Assembly (NCBI GenBank): GCA_937900875.1
Contig: CALCGD010000268.1
Location: 4,334 to 68,333, forward strand
Source: an uncultured Flavobacteriales bacterium
GTDB taxonomy: Bacteria; Bacteroidota; Bacteroidia; UBA10329
Length of the DNA stretch: 64,000 nt
Direction of reading: 5' to 3'
In this document: positions 28,673 to 39,255 of the stretch, in pieces
Position numbering within the stretch: the first letter of the stretch is position 1
Layout of the letters: every line of letters starts with the position of its first letter
The notes under the pieces: generated by a model
The model's database searches: none
Told to the model about the DNA's origin: nothing
What the model saw: the letters and a program-made list of their open reading frames with translations, nothing else
Made by a program: the position numbers and the translations under genes

Positions 28673-30802
28673 ATGAACAACATGAGAACCAAGATTATTA
28701 CGAGTGTAATGGCGATAGCTTTTTTAGCTAGCTGCAACACAAAAAACACAAAATCAGATATGAAAGCGCCAATTGCCGAAATAAACCCACACGAAATGAC
28801 CATTCATGGTCATACACGTACAGACAACTATTTCTGGCTTAGAGAGCGAGAAGACAAGAAGGTCATCAAGTATTTGGAGGATGAAAATGCCTACACCGAC
28901 AACGCCTTGGCTGATACCAAGCAGTTTCAGGAAGACCTGTACAAGGAAATGCGGGCGAGAATAAAGGAAGACGATGAAACAGTGCCTTACAAAGACAACG
29001 GTTACTATTACTACACCCGATACGAAGAAGGAAAAGAGTACAAGTTACACTGCCGAAAGAAAGAGTCTCTTGATGCTGCAGAAGAGATTTTTATGGATGA
29101 AAATTTGCTTGCAGAAGGACATGATTATTTCTCATTAGGCGGATTAGAAATAAGCGATGACAATAAGATTGCTGCTTTTGGTATCGATACCGTAAGCCGC
29201 AGAATATATACCCTGTATTTCAAAAACTTGGAAACAGGAGAGATTTATTCTGACCAAATCACGGGCACATCTGGTGGAGGCGCTTGGGCTAAAGACAATA
29301 AAACGTTTTTCTACATAAGTCAAGATGAAGAAACCCTACGTTCAGACCGCATTCTTAGACATCAATTAGCAACCGAACAAGCCGCAGATGTGGAGGTGTT
29401 TAACGAGAAAGACGAGACGTTTAATTGCTACGCATGGAGAACAAAAAGTAAAGACTTGATAATGATTGGTTCTTTCCAAACAGTCTCTTCGGAATTCAGA
29501 ATGCTTGATGCGGGAAATCCAACTGGCGAGTTTAAAATAATTCAACCTCGTGAACGAGACCACGAATACAGCGTTTCGCATTTTGAGAACAAGCTATACA
29601 TCTCAACCAACTGGAATGCTAAGAATTTCAGATTAATGGAAACTACTATTGACAAACCAGGAAAGGAGAATTGGAAAGAGGTTATTGCTCACCGAGAAGA
29701 AACGCTGCTTGAAGGCATCGAAATTTTCAAAAACTTTATGGTTGTTAATGAAAGAACAGATGGCCTATCTCAGCTTAGAATAATTAATCATTCTACCGAA
29801 GAAGAGCACTATTTAGACTTTGGCGAAGCTGCTTATACCAGCTATATCGGCACCAATATGGATTTTGACACTGAAGTGCTTCGATATGGGTATTCATCTC
29901 TTACAACGCCATGGTCTATGTTGGACTACAACATGAATACCAAAGCTAAAAACCTGCTAAAAGAACAAGAAGTAATTGGTGATTTTGATCGAGCCAATTA
30001 CACAACAGAACGTGTTATGGTAACTGCAGACGATGGAACGCAGGTTCCTATGTCTATTGTTTACCGAAAAGGATTGAAGAAAGACGGTTCTAACCCCACG
30101 TTGCTATACGCGTACGGCTCTTACGGCTCAAGCATGGACCCATATTTCAGTTCTGTTAGACTGAGTTTATTGGATAGAGGGTTTGTTTATGCTTTAGCTC
30201 ATATCCGAGGAGGTCAAGAAATGGGTCGCGGGTGGTATGATGACGGAAAATTGTTGAACAAGAAAAACACCTTCACCGATTTCATCAATTGCGGAGAATA
30301 CCTGATTGCGGAGAAGTATACGACCACTGAAGGCTTGTTTGCCATGGGCGGATCGGCAGGTGGCCTTCTAATGGGTGCGGTAGTAAATATGCGACCAGAC
30401 CTCTGGAAAGGAGTTGTGGCAGCCGTTCCATTTGTTGATGTAATCACTACCATGTTAGATGAAACAATTCCGCTTACTACAGGTGAGTATGACGAGTGGG
30501 GTAATCCTAATGTGAAAGAGTATTACGATTACATTTTGAGCTACTCTCCGTACGATAATGTGGAAGTACACGAATACCCAAATATGCTGATTACAACAGG
30601 TTTACACGATAGCCAAGTGCAATATTGGGAACCAGCCAAGTGGGTTGCAAAACTACGCGTGAATAAAACAGACGACAATCTGTTACTGCTTCACACTAAT
30701 ATGGAAGCAGGGCATGGTGGTGCTAGTGGGCGTTTCGAAAGCTTAAAAGAAACAGCGATGGAATACGCCTTTATGTTCAAATTAGCAGGTATTACCAAGT
30801 AA
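28673..30802 (+). CDS. ptrB: Oligopeptidase B (protease II), prolyl oligopeptidase family S9A, lipoprotein
   Basis: N-terminal beta-propeller plus C-terminal alpha/beta hydrolase with GGSAGG around the catalytic Ser; lipoprotein signal (AFLASC). Confidence 0.9.
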   Translation: MNNMRTKIITSVMAIAFLASCNTKNTKSDMKAPIAEINPHEMTIHGHTRTDNYFWLREREDKKVIKYLEDENAYTDNALADTKQFQEDLYKEMRARIKEDDETVPYKDNGYYYYTRYEEGKEYKLHCRKKESLDAAEEIFMDENLLAEGHDYFSLGGLEISDDNKIAAFGIDTVSRRIYTLYFKNLETGEIYSDQITGTSGGGAWAKDNKTFFYISQDEETLRSDRILRHQLATEQAADVEVFNEKDETFNCYAWRTKSKDLIMIGSFQTVSSEFRMLDAGNPTGEFKIIQPRERDHEYSVSHFENKLYISTNWNAKNFRLMETTIDKPGKENWKEVIAHREETLLEGIEIFKNFMVVNERTDGLSQLRIINHSTEEEHYLDFGEAAYTSYIGTNMDFDTEVLRYGYSSLTTPWSMLDYNMNTKAKNLLKEQEVIGDFDRANYTTERVMVTADDGTQVPMSIVYRKGLKKDGSNPTLLYAYGSYGSSMDPYFSSVRLSLLDRGFVYALAHIRGGQEMGRGWYDDGKLLNKKNTFTDFINCGEYLIAEKYTTTEGLFAMGGSAGGLLMGAVVNMRPDLWKGVVAAVPFVDVITTMLDETIPLTTGEYDEWGNPNVKEYYDYILSYSPYDNVEVHEYPNMLITTGLHDSQVQYWEPAKWVAKLRVNKTDDNLLLLHTNMEAGHGGASGRFESLKETAMEYAFMFKLAGITK

Positions 30803-31504
30803 TTACTTAACAGCTCGTACGTAATACTGCGCTCCCAATGGGAGCCATTGTATAAGACGTTCAGACTTAAGCGCCCAGCGGAATAATTTATGTCGGGGAA
30901 GAAATAATGTGAATAGGGTGCGTTGACTTGAAAACGCACCCTTAATCAACATTTTGTTCGTATAAGTATGTGGTAATAGTATGGCATCATCATCAAAAGC
31001 ACATTCTCTCACAATTTTTCTTGTTACTGGATTAAGCGGATTGTGCTCAAATATGTAAAACCGCCCGTTGGGTTTAAGAATACGCGTAATCTCCGCTAAT
31101 AGATCATCATGCCTATCGAAACTGATATGATGAAAGACCATGGACGTGAAAACTACATCTAATGATTCATTATCGAACGGAAGAGTAGTTCCATCATATG
31201 GTTTAAAAATGGAGCCAGATACTTTCTTTTCTGTCGCTTCTTTAATGCTTAGTTCTGATACGTCAGTTCCAAACAACTCAGCGTTTGGAAAGTATTCCCG
31301 CATATATTTCACAGAGTTTCCGTCTCCACAGCCAAAATCAAGCATGGAAAGTGAGGACGACCGATCCTCGTGTCGGCTCATTTCCTCAATCTTGTATTCG
31401 CTGAAATAATCGCGATTAGCCCCACTAATGTCTAGAGTTTCAGCATGAACCTCGTCATAGTCCCTTGCAAATTGATCAAAGTTGTCGTGCTTTCTCGACT
31501 CCAT
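30803..31504 (-). CDS. Class I SAM-dependent methyltransferase
   Basis: Motif I (LDFGCGDGNS) and methyltransferase-11-like fold; 233 aa. Confidence 0.8.
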   Translation of the reverse strand: MESRKHDNFDQFARDYDEVHAETLDISGANRDYFSEYKIEEMSRHEDRSSSLSMLDFGCGDGNSVKYMREYFPNAELFGTDVSELSIKEATEKKVSGSIFKPYDGTTLPFDNESLDVVFTSMVFHHISFDRHDDLLAEITRILKPNGRFYIFEHNPLNPVTRKIVRECAFDDDAILLPHTYTNKMLIKGAFSSQRTLFTLFLPRHKLFRWALKSERLIQWLPLGAQYYVRAVK

Positions 31505-31638
31505 TACTTGATGGTTTTCAATAAAAGAATAGCGCCAAAATTACCCGAATTGCCCAAAACGTTTAAATTCTTTCATAATTGAGATTTTCACCTTAATAAA
31601 GACGGTTTAACTTTGACCTCTTCCAAATTCAGAAGTTT

Positions 31639-33501
31639 ATGCAGTTTATACACAGGCCATTACAGTCATTATCTATTTTTATCACTCTCTTTTTTGCATT
31701 CAACATTGCCCACGCCCAACACGGATATTGGCAGCAGCACGTGTCTTATCAAATGGAGATAGACATGGATGTTGAAAAACACCAATTTTCGGGCAAGCAG
31801 AAAATAGTTTACACAAACAATTCGCCAGATACACTGACCAAGGTGTTTTACCATCTGTTTTTCAATGCGTTTAAGCCTGGAAGCATGATGGATGTTCGAT
31901 CGCGAACAATTCCAGATGCAGACTCAAGGGTGGCAGACCGAATTTCAAAACTTAAGCCCGAGGAAGAAGGTTTTCATATCGTTAAAAAGTTGAGTCAAGA
32001 CGGTAAAGACTTAACTTTTCATATTCAAGGAACCATTTTGGAGGTAAAATTGGCAACACCTATTCTACCTGGAGCAAAAGCAGAGTTTATGATGGACTTT
32101 TATTCGCAGGTTCCTTTACAGGTAAGAAGAAGCGGTAGAAACAATGCCCAAGGCATCGATTACTCTATGACGCAATGGTATCCTAAATTGGCCGAATATG
32201 ATTATGAAGGTTGGCATGCCGACCCATACGTAGGGCGAGAGTTTTATGGCGTTTGGGGCGATTTTGATGTGAAAATATCCATCGATAAAAAATATGTGCT
32301 GGGAGGCACAGGATATCTACAAAACCCTAATGAAATAGGGCACGGTTATGCAACACCCAACGTAGAGGTTAAACAACCATTGGGAGAAAAGCTGACGTGG
32401 CATTTTGTAGCGCCTCAGGTACACGATTTCGCTTGGGCTGCAGACCCAGATTATATCCATGATGTAAAGCAAGTGCCGAATGGTCCAACACTTCATTTTT
32501 TGTATCAGCCAGATACCACAGGGCATTGGGCTCGTTTGGAAAATGAGATGGTTGAAGCATTTCATATCATGAATAATAAGTTTGGGAAATACCCTTATAA
32601 GCAGTTCTCCACCATTCAAGGTGGAGATGGCGGAATGGAGTATCCAATGGCCACTCTTATTACCTCTGGGAGAACATATGGAGGTCTGTTAAGCGTTACC
32701 ATTCACGAGGCATTTCATAACTGGTATTATGGTGTTTTAGCCACAAATGAGAGCAAATACCCATGGATGGATGAGGGATTTACATCTTACGCCCAAGACT
32801 ATGTTTTGAATGCTCTACGAGAATACGAGAACCCTAATCCGCATGCAGGTGATATAACTAGAATGGCAGAGCTTCATGCTAATAATTTACAAGAACCGTT
32901 GTCAACACATGCCGACCACTTCAGCACAAATTATTGCTACGGAATTTCGTCTTATGTTAAAGGCTCAGCTTTTCTCATGCAATTGGAATACATGGTTGGA
33001 AAAGAAGCGTTTTGGAAAGGAATGAAGCGCTATTTCAACGAATGGGGATTTAAACACCCAACTCCCAACGATTTTATTCGGGTAATGGAGAAAACTTCTG
33101 GATTGGAATTGAATTGGTTCATGGACTTATGGGTTGGAACCACCCAGCATATCGATTATAGTATAGACGATTTAGAGAAAGAAAAGAAAGGGAAAACCAT
33201 CGTAGAATTAAAGCGTGTTGGGCCCTTCCCAATGCCACTTGATATTAAGGTGGTAGACAAAGATGGAAATACGTATTGGTACTACATTCCTGTTGGGTTG
33301 ATGAGGGGGGAAAAACCTGCCGATGAGGGCCAAGAATCAAGAATAATTCTACCCGATTGGGAATGGACCAACCCAACCTATTCAATAGAACTTGACATTA
33401 AGAAAAGGAAGATAGAAAGTATAGTAATCGACCCGTCAACACGCTTAGCCGACTTGAACAGTTTAAATGGAATTTACCCCTTTCCGAAAGAGAGAAAATG
33501 A
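31639..33501 (+). CDS. Secreted M1-family zinc metallopeptidase (aminopeptidase N-like)
   Basis: Signal peptide; GMEYPMATLI (GAMEN-like); HEAFHNWYYG ... MDEGFTSY (HExxH + E). Confidence 0.85.
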   Translation: MQFIHRPLQSLSIFITLFFAFNIAHAQHGYWQQHVSYQMEIDMDVEKHQFSGKQKIVYTNNSPDTLTKVFYHLFFNAFKPGSMMDVRSRTIPDADSRVADRISKLKPEEEGFHIVKKLSQDGKDLTFHIQGTILEVKLATPILPGAKAEFMMDFYSQVPLQVRRSGRNNAQGIDYSMTQWYPKLAEYDYEGWHADPYVGREFYGVWGDFDVKISIDKKYVLGGTGYLQNPNEIGHGYATPNVEVKQPLGEKLTWHFVAPQVHDFAWAADPDYIHDVKQVPNGPTLHFLYQPDTTGHWARLENEMVEAFHIMNNKFGKYPYKQFSTIQGGDGGMEYPMATLITSGRTYGGLLSVTIHEAFHNWYYGVLATNESKYPWMDEGFTSYAQDYVLNALREYENPNPHAGDITRMAELHANNLQEPLSTHADHFSTNYCYGISSYVKGSAFLMQLEYMVGKEAFWKGMKRYFNEWGFKHPTPNDFIRVMEKTSGLELNWFMDLWVGTTQHIDYSIDDLEKEKKGKTIVELKRVGPFPMPLDIKVVDKDGNTYWYYIPVGLMRGEKPADEGQESRIILPDWEWTNPTYSIELDIKKRKIESIVIDPSTRLADLNSLNGIYPFPKERK

Positions 33502-34013
33502 ATAAAATAAAATATTTGGTTCCGTGTTTGTTAATCGCCTTTTTAGTGGCATGCGATAGCGAAACAAACACAAGCGACACACCTGCTACAAGTTCTGAAA
33601 CCAGGCCAACAGGGCCTCGGTTTAAAAAGGAAGGGGAGTTGTTTTTGGTTAAAGCAACAGGAGATACAATCCGCAAGATTGACATTGAAATTGCTGACAT
33701 TGAAAGCGAGCGCACTATTGGCCTCATGCACCGCAGAAGCATGCCCGATACTCAAGGAATGTTATTCATATTTGAAGAGGAAGAACCGCGTTCGTTTTGG
33801 ATGCACAATACCCTAATGGGGCTCGACATACTTTACGTAAAAGCAGATGGCGAAATAGAAAGTATTGCCAAGTACTGTGTTCCTAAATCAGACAAATCCA
33901 TACCCTCAAAAGGTCCAGCTCTTTACGTTCTTGAATTGTTTGAAGGGTTCTGCGACATTCATGGAGTGAGTGTTGGTGATCGCATTGAATTCAATAGAAC
34001 GGACGGTAAATAA
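33498..34013 (+). CDS. DUF192-family lipoprotein
   Basis: Lipobox (LLIAFLVAC); DUF192-like core (MLFIFEEEEPRSFWMHNTLMGLDILYV). It overlaps the M1 gene stop by 4 nt. Confidence 0.7.
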   Translation: MNKIKYLVPCLLIAFLVACDSETNTSDTPATSSETRPTGPRFKKEGELFLVKATGDTIRKIDIEIADIESERTIGLMHRRSMPDTQGMLFIFEEEEPRSFWMHNTLMGLDILYVKADGEIESIAKYCVPKSDKSIPSKGPALYVLELFEGFCDIHGVSVGDRIEFNRTDGK

Positions 34014-34021
34014 TTCCAAGC

Positions 34022-35200
34022 ATGTACAAAATTCCACCCCTTCTGTTACTGCCCATTTTCGCTTTTGGGCAGAACCAACTTACAGCTAACTCGTTTGAGC
34101 CAACAAGCGAAAACATGCTTCTATTAACCAAAGGACGCAAGTTTGTTGCCGACCATGATAGCTTAAATGAAGAGCTGGTGGATCTTGTAAAAGCATTCTC
34201 TGTAGACAGTGTATTGCCTAATAAAAGTCAACGACACCGAGTGGCAGCTGCAGGTTGGGTAATCAGTGTATTTGGTTACAAATGGAAGGCCATTAACATG
34301 ACCAAGCAAAAGTTTGTAGGCACTGAAAGAGATCACATTCGTGTTCCTGGTAGTCCACCGTTGTTTACCGAATATGATGTCAATTTTAACATCATTCCGC
34401 ACACCAGAAAATATGTTGATTTGGTGTGGATTGGCTACGAACGTCAACTTAAACGTAACCGTTGGAACCGAATAAAAAACCCAGATGAAGCACCTTGGGT
34501 TTACCCCGAAACACTGGAAAACATCAAGCACTACAGGATGCACTGTGAAATTACACCACCTGTTTATGCTAGGGCAATGCTAAATGAGAAGTTCTATCCG
34601 TGTATTCGTCCCAACTCATCAAGCGAACACATCAACATTGGTACCGACCACGCCACATTCGGCTTGTACGGACCATTTGTTGCAGACTTTAACCATACAG
34701 GGCATCCCGAAATACACCCTTATGATTGGTTGTGGTGGTATGACACTCACCCTGCAAGACTGAATGAAAAGTCTCAAACTTGGTTCTTTGGATTTATGAA
34801 AGAAGCCAGTAACCGTTTTAGAGGTTGGTATAAGAAAAAAGAGCCTCGAGTAGGACAGATTTCTGTGCCGTTCATTTTCGACTTGAAAAACGACACTCTA
34901 AAAGTGACACTAGAACACCTCGTGCACGATTTGTTTGACGCGGAGGGAATTTCTTTACTTGAGACGGTACCTGATAACGCCTCTAATCTTTATTTCTCTG
35001 AGAAAATATATACGTTTTCCGATACCGAATTAAACGGGAAGGTCATTCAGTATATTACCTCAAACCCTATCCAACAGGAAGGGCTGAAAACATGGTTTTC
35101 TGAGCTTAATTTGGACAAGGACGCCAACCTACTTTCTGGCTATCTGAACATTGGTGTTTCGGTAAGCCAGCTCTACAATGCAAAGGTTTCTTTTGAATAA
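34022..35200 (+). CDS. Hypothetical secreted protein (392 aa) with His/Trp-rich segments
   Basis: Signal peptide MYKIPPLLLLPIFAFGQ; segments such as HTGHPEIHPYDWLWWYDTHP. It lies 8 nt after the DUF192 gene. Confidence 0.55.
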   Translation: MYKIPPLLLLPIFAFGQNQLTANSFEPTSENMLLLTKGRKFVADHDSLNEELVDLVKAFSVDSVLPNKSQRHRVAAAGWVISVFGYKWKAINMTKQKFVGTERDHIRVPGSPPLFTEYDVNFNIIPHTRKYVDLVWIGYERQLKRNRWNRIKNPDEAPWVYPETLENIKHYRMHCEITPPVYARAMLNEKFYPCIRPNSSSEHINIGTDHATFGLYGPFVADFNHTGHPEIHPYDWLWWYDTHPARLNEKSQTWFFGFMKEASNRFRGWYKKKEPRVGQISVPFIFDLKNDTLKVTLEHLVHDLFDAEGISLLETVPDNASNLYFSEKIYTFSDTELNGKVIQYITSNPIQQEGLKTWFSELNLDKDANLLSGYLNIGVSVSQLYNAKVSFE

Positions 35201-35203
35201 ATC

Positions 35204-35812
35204 TTAGTCAAAAGCCTTGCGTATATGTTTCCACGCTTGATTCATTTCGGTGGAAAAACTATCCCATTTATCTGAAGCCTCTTCAGAGCGGTTTTCTAAG
35301 TCTTTTTGAAACGCTTGCAATTTGATTGACGCTTCTTTTTTGCGCTTTTCCCATTCAAGTTCACCGTCCATTTTAGCTAGCTGAAGTTGAAGCTTGAATA
35401 TGTCAAACTTCACCTGATAGTCGTGCAGTTTGAGAGAAAACTCCTCTAAGAGTTCATTAGAATTTTCTTTGGATGTTGCGTACACCAAGTCAATATCAGA
35501 GCGGAGTTGTTCCATACGGATTTTGAGTTCGTGCTGTTGCTCTTTCAGTAAATCTTTGGATGTGGCTTTTCCTAAAGCGGCTTGCAAACGAAGCTCGTCA
35601 AGAGCTATTTTCAGCCGTTCGGTCTGTTCTTTGCTCAAATTTTTTGCTTCATCAACACGCACGGACATTTTGATAGCCCAGTCCTGTAGATTGTCCTTTT
35701 GCTCTTCAAATGCGTCTTCGGCTTCGGCTCTGCCTAGGTGAAGCTGAACCTTCAACCCTTCAGCAACAGATTTAGCGTCTTCTAAATATTGTTTTGCAGT
35801 TTTCTTTTCCAT
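35204..35812 (-). CDS. Hypothetical cytoplasmic coiled-coil protein
   Basis: 202 aa, heptad-rich with no signal peptide; convergent with the upstream operon. Confidence 0.5.
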   Translation of the reverse strand: MEKKTAKQYLEDAKSVAEGLKVQLHLGRAEAEDAFEEQKDNLQDWAIKMSVRVDEAKNLSKEQTERLKIALDELRLQAALGKATSKDLLKEQQHELKIRMEQLRSDIDLVYATSKENSNELLEEFSLKLHDYQVKFDIFKLQLQLAKMDGELEWEKRKKEASIKLQAFQKDLENRSEEASDKWDSFSTEMNQAWKHIRKAFD

Positions 35813-35923
35813 GATAATTCTGATTTGGCGTGGACTAAGGTATTTGAAATGCTCCGGAAATCGAGTGACTTTGATTACCTGTTGGCATGACTAAAAAAAA
35901 GGATTTAAGGAACCGTATTTTCG

Positions 35924-36490
35924 TTGTTCATGTTTCCAACGTACTTCCAACTCGGGTTTGAGCACATTACGGACCTAAACGGCTATGATCACATGTTGTT
36001 TCTTCTCGCACTTTGCGGGGCATATGTGTATTCAAGCTGGAAGAAAATTCTGATTCTCGTTACGGCTTTTACCATTGGCCATTCTGTCACATTAGCATTA
36101 GCCGTGCTCAATATTATTCCTGTTAACATCGCTTGGATTGAGTTCTTGATTCCGCTAACCATTGTAGCAACGGCTGTTAAAAATATTGTGATTCAAATTG
36201 AGAAGGGAACTATTGTTACTTATTTCATGGCACTGGCATTTGGGCTCATCCATGGAATGGGCTTTTCCAATTATTTACGGTCGCTTTTAGGAGACGAATT
36301 GATAATGCCCCTTCTTGCTTTTAACGTAGGAATCGAAGTTGGTCAGCTGTTGGTTGTAGCGGCCATTTTCCTTATCCAGTTTACTCTTATAAAAGCAATA
36401 AGTGTTAAACACAAGACTTGGAAGCTTTCTGTATCCCTTGTTGCGGGTGGCATTTCATTACTTTTGGCCGCCCAGAGAATACCATTCTAA
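35924..36490 (+). CDS. hupE: HupE/UreJ-family membrane protein (Ni/Co transporter-like)
   Basis: N-terminal GFEHITDLNGYDHMLFLLALC matches the HupE/UreJ G.xH...G.DH signature; 6 TM helices. Confidence 0.7.
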   Translation: MFMFPTYFQLGFEHITDLNGYDHMLFLLALCGAYVYSSWKKILILVTAFTIGHSVTLALAVLNIIPVNIAWIEFLIPLTIVATAVKNIVIQIEKGTIVTYFMALAFGLIHGMGFSNYLRSLLGDELIMPLLAFNVGIEVGQLLVVAAIFLIQFTLIKAISVKHKTWKLSVSLVAGGISLLLAAQRIPF

Positions 36491-36492
36491 CC

Positions 36493-38805
36493 ATGAAATA
36501 CACGATAAACCTTTTTCTGCTACTTGTTTGTAGCTCTTTTGTTCTTGCACAAGAGAATGTCAACACAAATAAGTTCAGACAGCTAGGTCAGGAGCTACCA
36601 ACGCCAAACGTTTACCGTACGGCTAGCGGTGCTCCCGGACATGAGTATTATCAGCAGCAAGCAGATTACGACATGACCATTGAGTTGGATGACGAAACGC
36701 AGCGTTTGTATGGCACTAGCACCATTACGTATCACAATAACGCGCCAGATGAGTTAACATATCTCTGGTTGCAATTAGACCAAAACGTGCGCGCTAAGGA
36801 TAGCGACACAAAGGCCATCGCCACTGGAAAGATGGAGGACAAGATGGGCACGTGGGAAATGAATCGAATGCATAACGATTTTGATGGCGGGTTTAAGATT
36901 GAATACGTGAAGGATGCTGCCGGAAATGCTCTGCCTTACACCATTGTTAAAACGATGATGCGTGTTGATTTAGCCAAGCCGTTGAAGGCTGGAGCGAAAA
37001 CAAGCATTAAGCTGAAATGGTGGTACAACATTAACGACAGAATGGAAATTGGTGGTCGATCTGGCTACGAGTATTTTCCTGAAGACAAGAACTATCTGTA
37101 CACAATTGCTCAGTTTTTCCCTCGCATGTGCGTTTACAATGAGGTTGAAGGATGGCAGCACAAGCAGTTTTTAGGAAACGGTGAATTCACACTACCTTTT
37201 GGAGATTACAAGGTTGACATTACAGTTCCAGCAGATCATATTGTTGGAGCCACCGGCTTTTGCCAGAACTACAGTCAAGTTTTAACGGCAGGTCAAAAGG
37301 CAAAATTTGATGAAGCGAAAAACGCTGACGAACCTGTGATTATCGTTACGCAAGATGAGGCTGTGGAGAACGAAAAGGAAGGCACGAAAGACAAGAAAAC
37401 GTGGACGTTTAAGGCCACAAACGTGCGTGATTTCGCCTTCGCTTCTTCTAGAAAGTTCATTTGGGATGCTATGGGAGTTGACATTGCAGGGAAGAAGGTA
37501 ATGGCAATGAGTTATTATCCGAAAGAGGGAAACCCACTTTGGGAGCAATACTCAACCAGAGTAGTGGCGCATACACTAAAATCATACAGCAAGTACACAA
37601 TCGATTATCCATATCCTGTTGCTATTTCGGTTCATGCCAAGGCGATTGGAATGGAATACCCAATGATTTGCTTCAACTTTGGTAGACCAGAAAAAGACGG
37701 AACCTACAGCGAAAACACCAAAAATCGTATGATAGGTGTAATCGTGCATGAAGTTGGTCACAACTTCTTTCCGATGATTATTAATTCCGATGAGCGCCAA
37801 TGGACTTGGATGGACGAAGGCTTGAACTCGTTTGTTGAATACCTCACCGAAAAGGAGTGGGACAAAGATTTCCCAACGAGAAGAGGACCAGCGTATAAAA
37901 TCGTTGATTACATGAAAGGCGACAAGACCGGAATTAGCCCGATTATGACAAACAGCGAAAGCATCTTTCAGTTTGGCAATAACGCTTACGGAAAACCAGC
38001 TACAGCATTAAACATTCTTCGAGAAACGGTTTTGGGACGGGAGCTTTTTGATTATTCTTTCAAGGAATACGCAAGACGATGGGCGTTTAAGCACCCAAGT
38101 CCGGCAGATCTTTTCCGAACAATGGAAGACGCTTCTGGAGTTGATTTGGATTGGTTTTGGAGAGGTTGGTTTTATACCACAGACCATTGCGATATTAGTC
38201 TGGATGCTGTTAAGTGGTATCAAATGAGCACCAAAAACCCATCTGTGGAAATGCCACTGGCCAAAAAGCAGGATGAAGAAAAAGAGAAGTACATCAGCGA
38301 TATCAGAAATGATGAAGCTTTTCAAAGCGTTGTAGAAAAAGATGCCAAAACGCGAGATTTCTACAATAATGAGTACGATCCGTTTAAATGGACCATTCTT
38401 GATACCGAAGAATATGATAGGTACATGAATCGCCTAGACGAGAAGGAGAAAAAGATAATAGAAGAAGGTTTAAACTATTATCAAGTTGATCTTTCTTCTC
38501 CAGGAGGACTGGTTATGCCGGTTATTCTTGAATTCGAATATGCGGATGGCTCGAAGGAAACGCACCGAATTCCTGCTGAAATTTGGAGGAAGGGAGATAA
38601 GGAAGTAAGCAAGGTGTTTATGACTAAAAAAGAGGTTGTTCGCATTGTATTAGACCCGCTGCTTGAAACAGCAGACATTGACCGAAACAATAATTATTGG
38701 CCAGCCAAAGTGGAGCCAACTCGTTTTGAACTTTACAAAGGTTCTGACAGAACAGAAGAAAACCCGATGCAGCGCGCAAAAAGAGCTGCTGAAAAAGGCA
38801 AGTAA
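36493..38805 (+). CDS. Secreted M1-family zinc metallopeptidase. The start is set at the MKYTINLF Met, because the ORF-track start at 36418 overlaps hupE.
   Basis: Signal peptide; GMEYPMICF; HEVGHNFF...WMDEGLNSF (HExxH + E). Confidence 0.85.
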   Translation: MKYTINLFLLLVCSSFVLAQENVNTNKFRQLGQELPTPNVYRTASGAPGHEYYQQQADYDMTIELDDETQRLYGTSTITYHNNAPDELTYLWLQLDQNVRAKDSDTKAIATGKMEDKMGTWEMNRMHNDFDGGFKIEYVKDAAGNALPYTIVKTMMRVDLAKPLKAGAKTSIKLKWWYNINDRMEIGGRSGYEYFPEDKNYLYTIAQFFPRMCVYNEVEGWQHKQFLGNGEFTLPFGDYKVDITVPADHIVGATGFCQNYSQVLTAGQKAKFDEAKNADEPVIIVTQDEAVENEKEGTKDKKTWTFKATNVRDFAFASSRKFIWDAMGVDIAGKKVMAMSYYPKEGNPLWEQYSTRVVAHTLKSYSKYTIDYPYPVAISVHAKAIGMEYPMICFNFGRPEKDGTYSENTKNRMIGVIVHEVGHNFFPMIINSDERQWTWMDEGLNSFVEYLTEKEWDKDFPTRRGPAYKIVDYMKGDKTGISPIMTNSESIFQFGNNAYGKPATALNILRETVLGRELFDYSFKEYARRWAFKHPSPADLFRTMEDASGVDLDWFWRGWFYTTDHCDISLDAVKWYQMSTKNPSVEMPLAKKQDEEKEKYISDIRNDEAFQSVVEKDAKTRDFYNNEYDPFKWTILDTEEYDRYMNRLDEKEKKIIEEGLNYYQVDLSSPGGLVMPVILEFEYADGSKETHRIPAEIWRKGDKEVSKVFMTKKEVVRIVLDPLLETADIDRNNNYWPAKVEPTRFELYKGSDRTEENPMQRAKRAAEKGK

Positions 38806-38811
38806 GATTCA

Positions 38812-39255
38812 ATGAAAAAGCAGTTGTTGGCTCATTGCGTGGAGCTTGCCAAAAGCAAGGTTCGGGCGTTAGAAAACGAGCTGGATTCAACGCGCGAAGC
38901 CACAACATCCGAGAGTAAAAGCACAGCAGGAGATAAGCACGAAACAGGACGGGCTATGATGCATTTGGAGCAAGAAAAGCTTCACAAACAGTTAGCGGAA
39001 GCACAAGCCGTTTTAGCCGAACTAGGAAGGATTGACCCAGCAATTGTTCACACCAAAATAGGGTTGGGAACGCTAATAAACACCGATAAAGGCCCATTCT
39101 TTTTAGCTGCCGGGCTAGGTAAAGTTGTATTTGACCACACCAACTATTTCGTGGTTTCAACCATGGCGCCAATTGCAACACAATTCCTTGGTAAATCGAT
39201 TGGCGATAAAGTAAACATGAATGGTACGGTGTATGATATTCTTGCGGTTGAATAA
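38812..39255 (+). CDS. GreA/GreB-family transcription elongation factor-like protein (short form)
   Basis: N-terminal coiled coil; C-terminal FKBP-like segment VSTMAPIATQFLGKSIGDKVNMNGTVYDILAV resembling the GreA C-domain. Confidence 0.6.
   Translation: MKKQLLAHCVELAKSKVRALENELDSTREATTSESKSTAGDKHETGRAMMHLEQEKLHKQLAEAQAVLAELGRIDPAIVHTKIGLGTLINTDKGPFFLAAGLGKVVFDHTNYFVVSTMAPIATQFLGKSIGDKVNMNGTVYDILAVE

Noticed and set aside
36418-36492. ORF-track start of the second M1 peptidase at 36418
   Set aside because: It overlaps the 3' end of hupE in another frame. The Met at 36493 begins a typical signal peptide 3 nt after the hupE stop.
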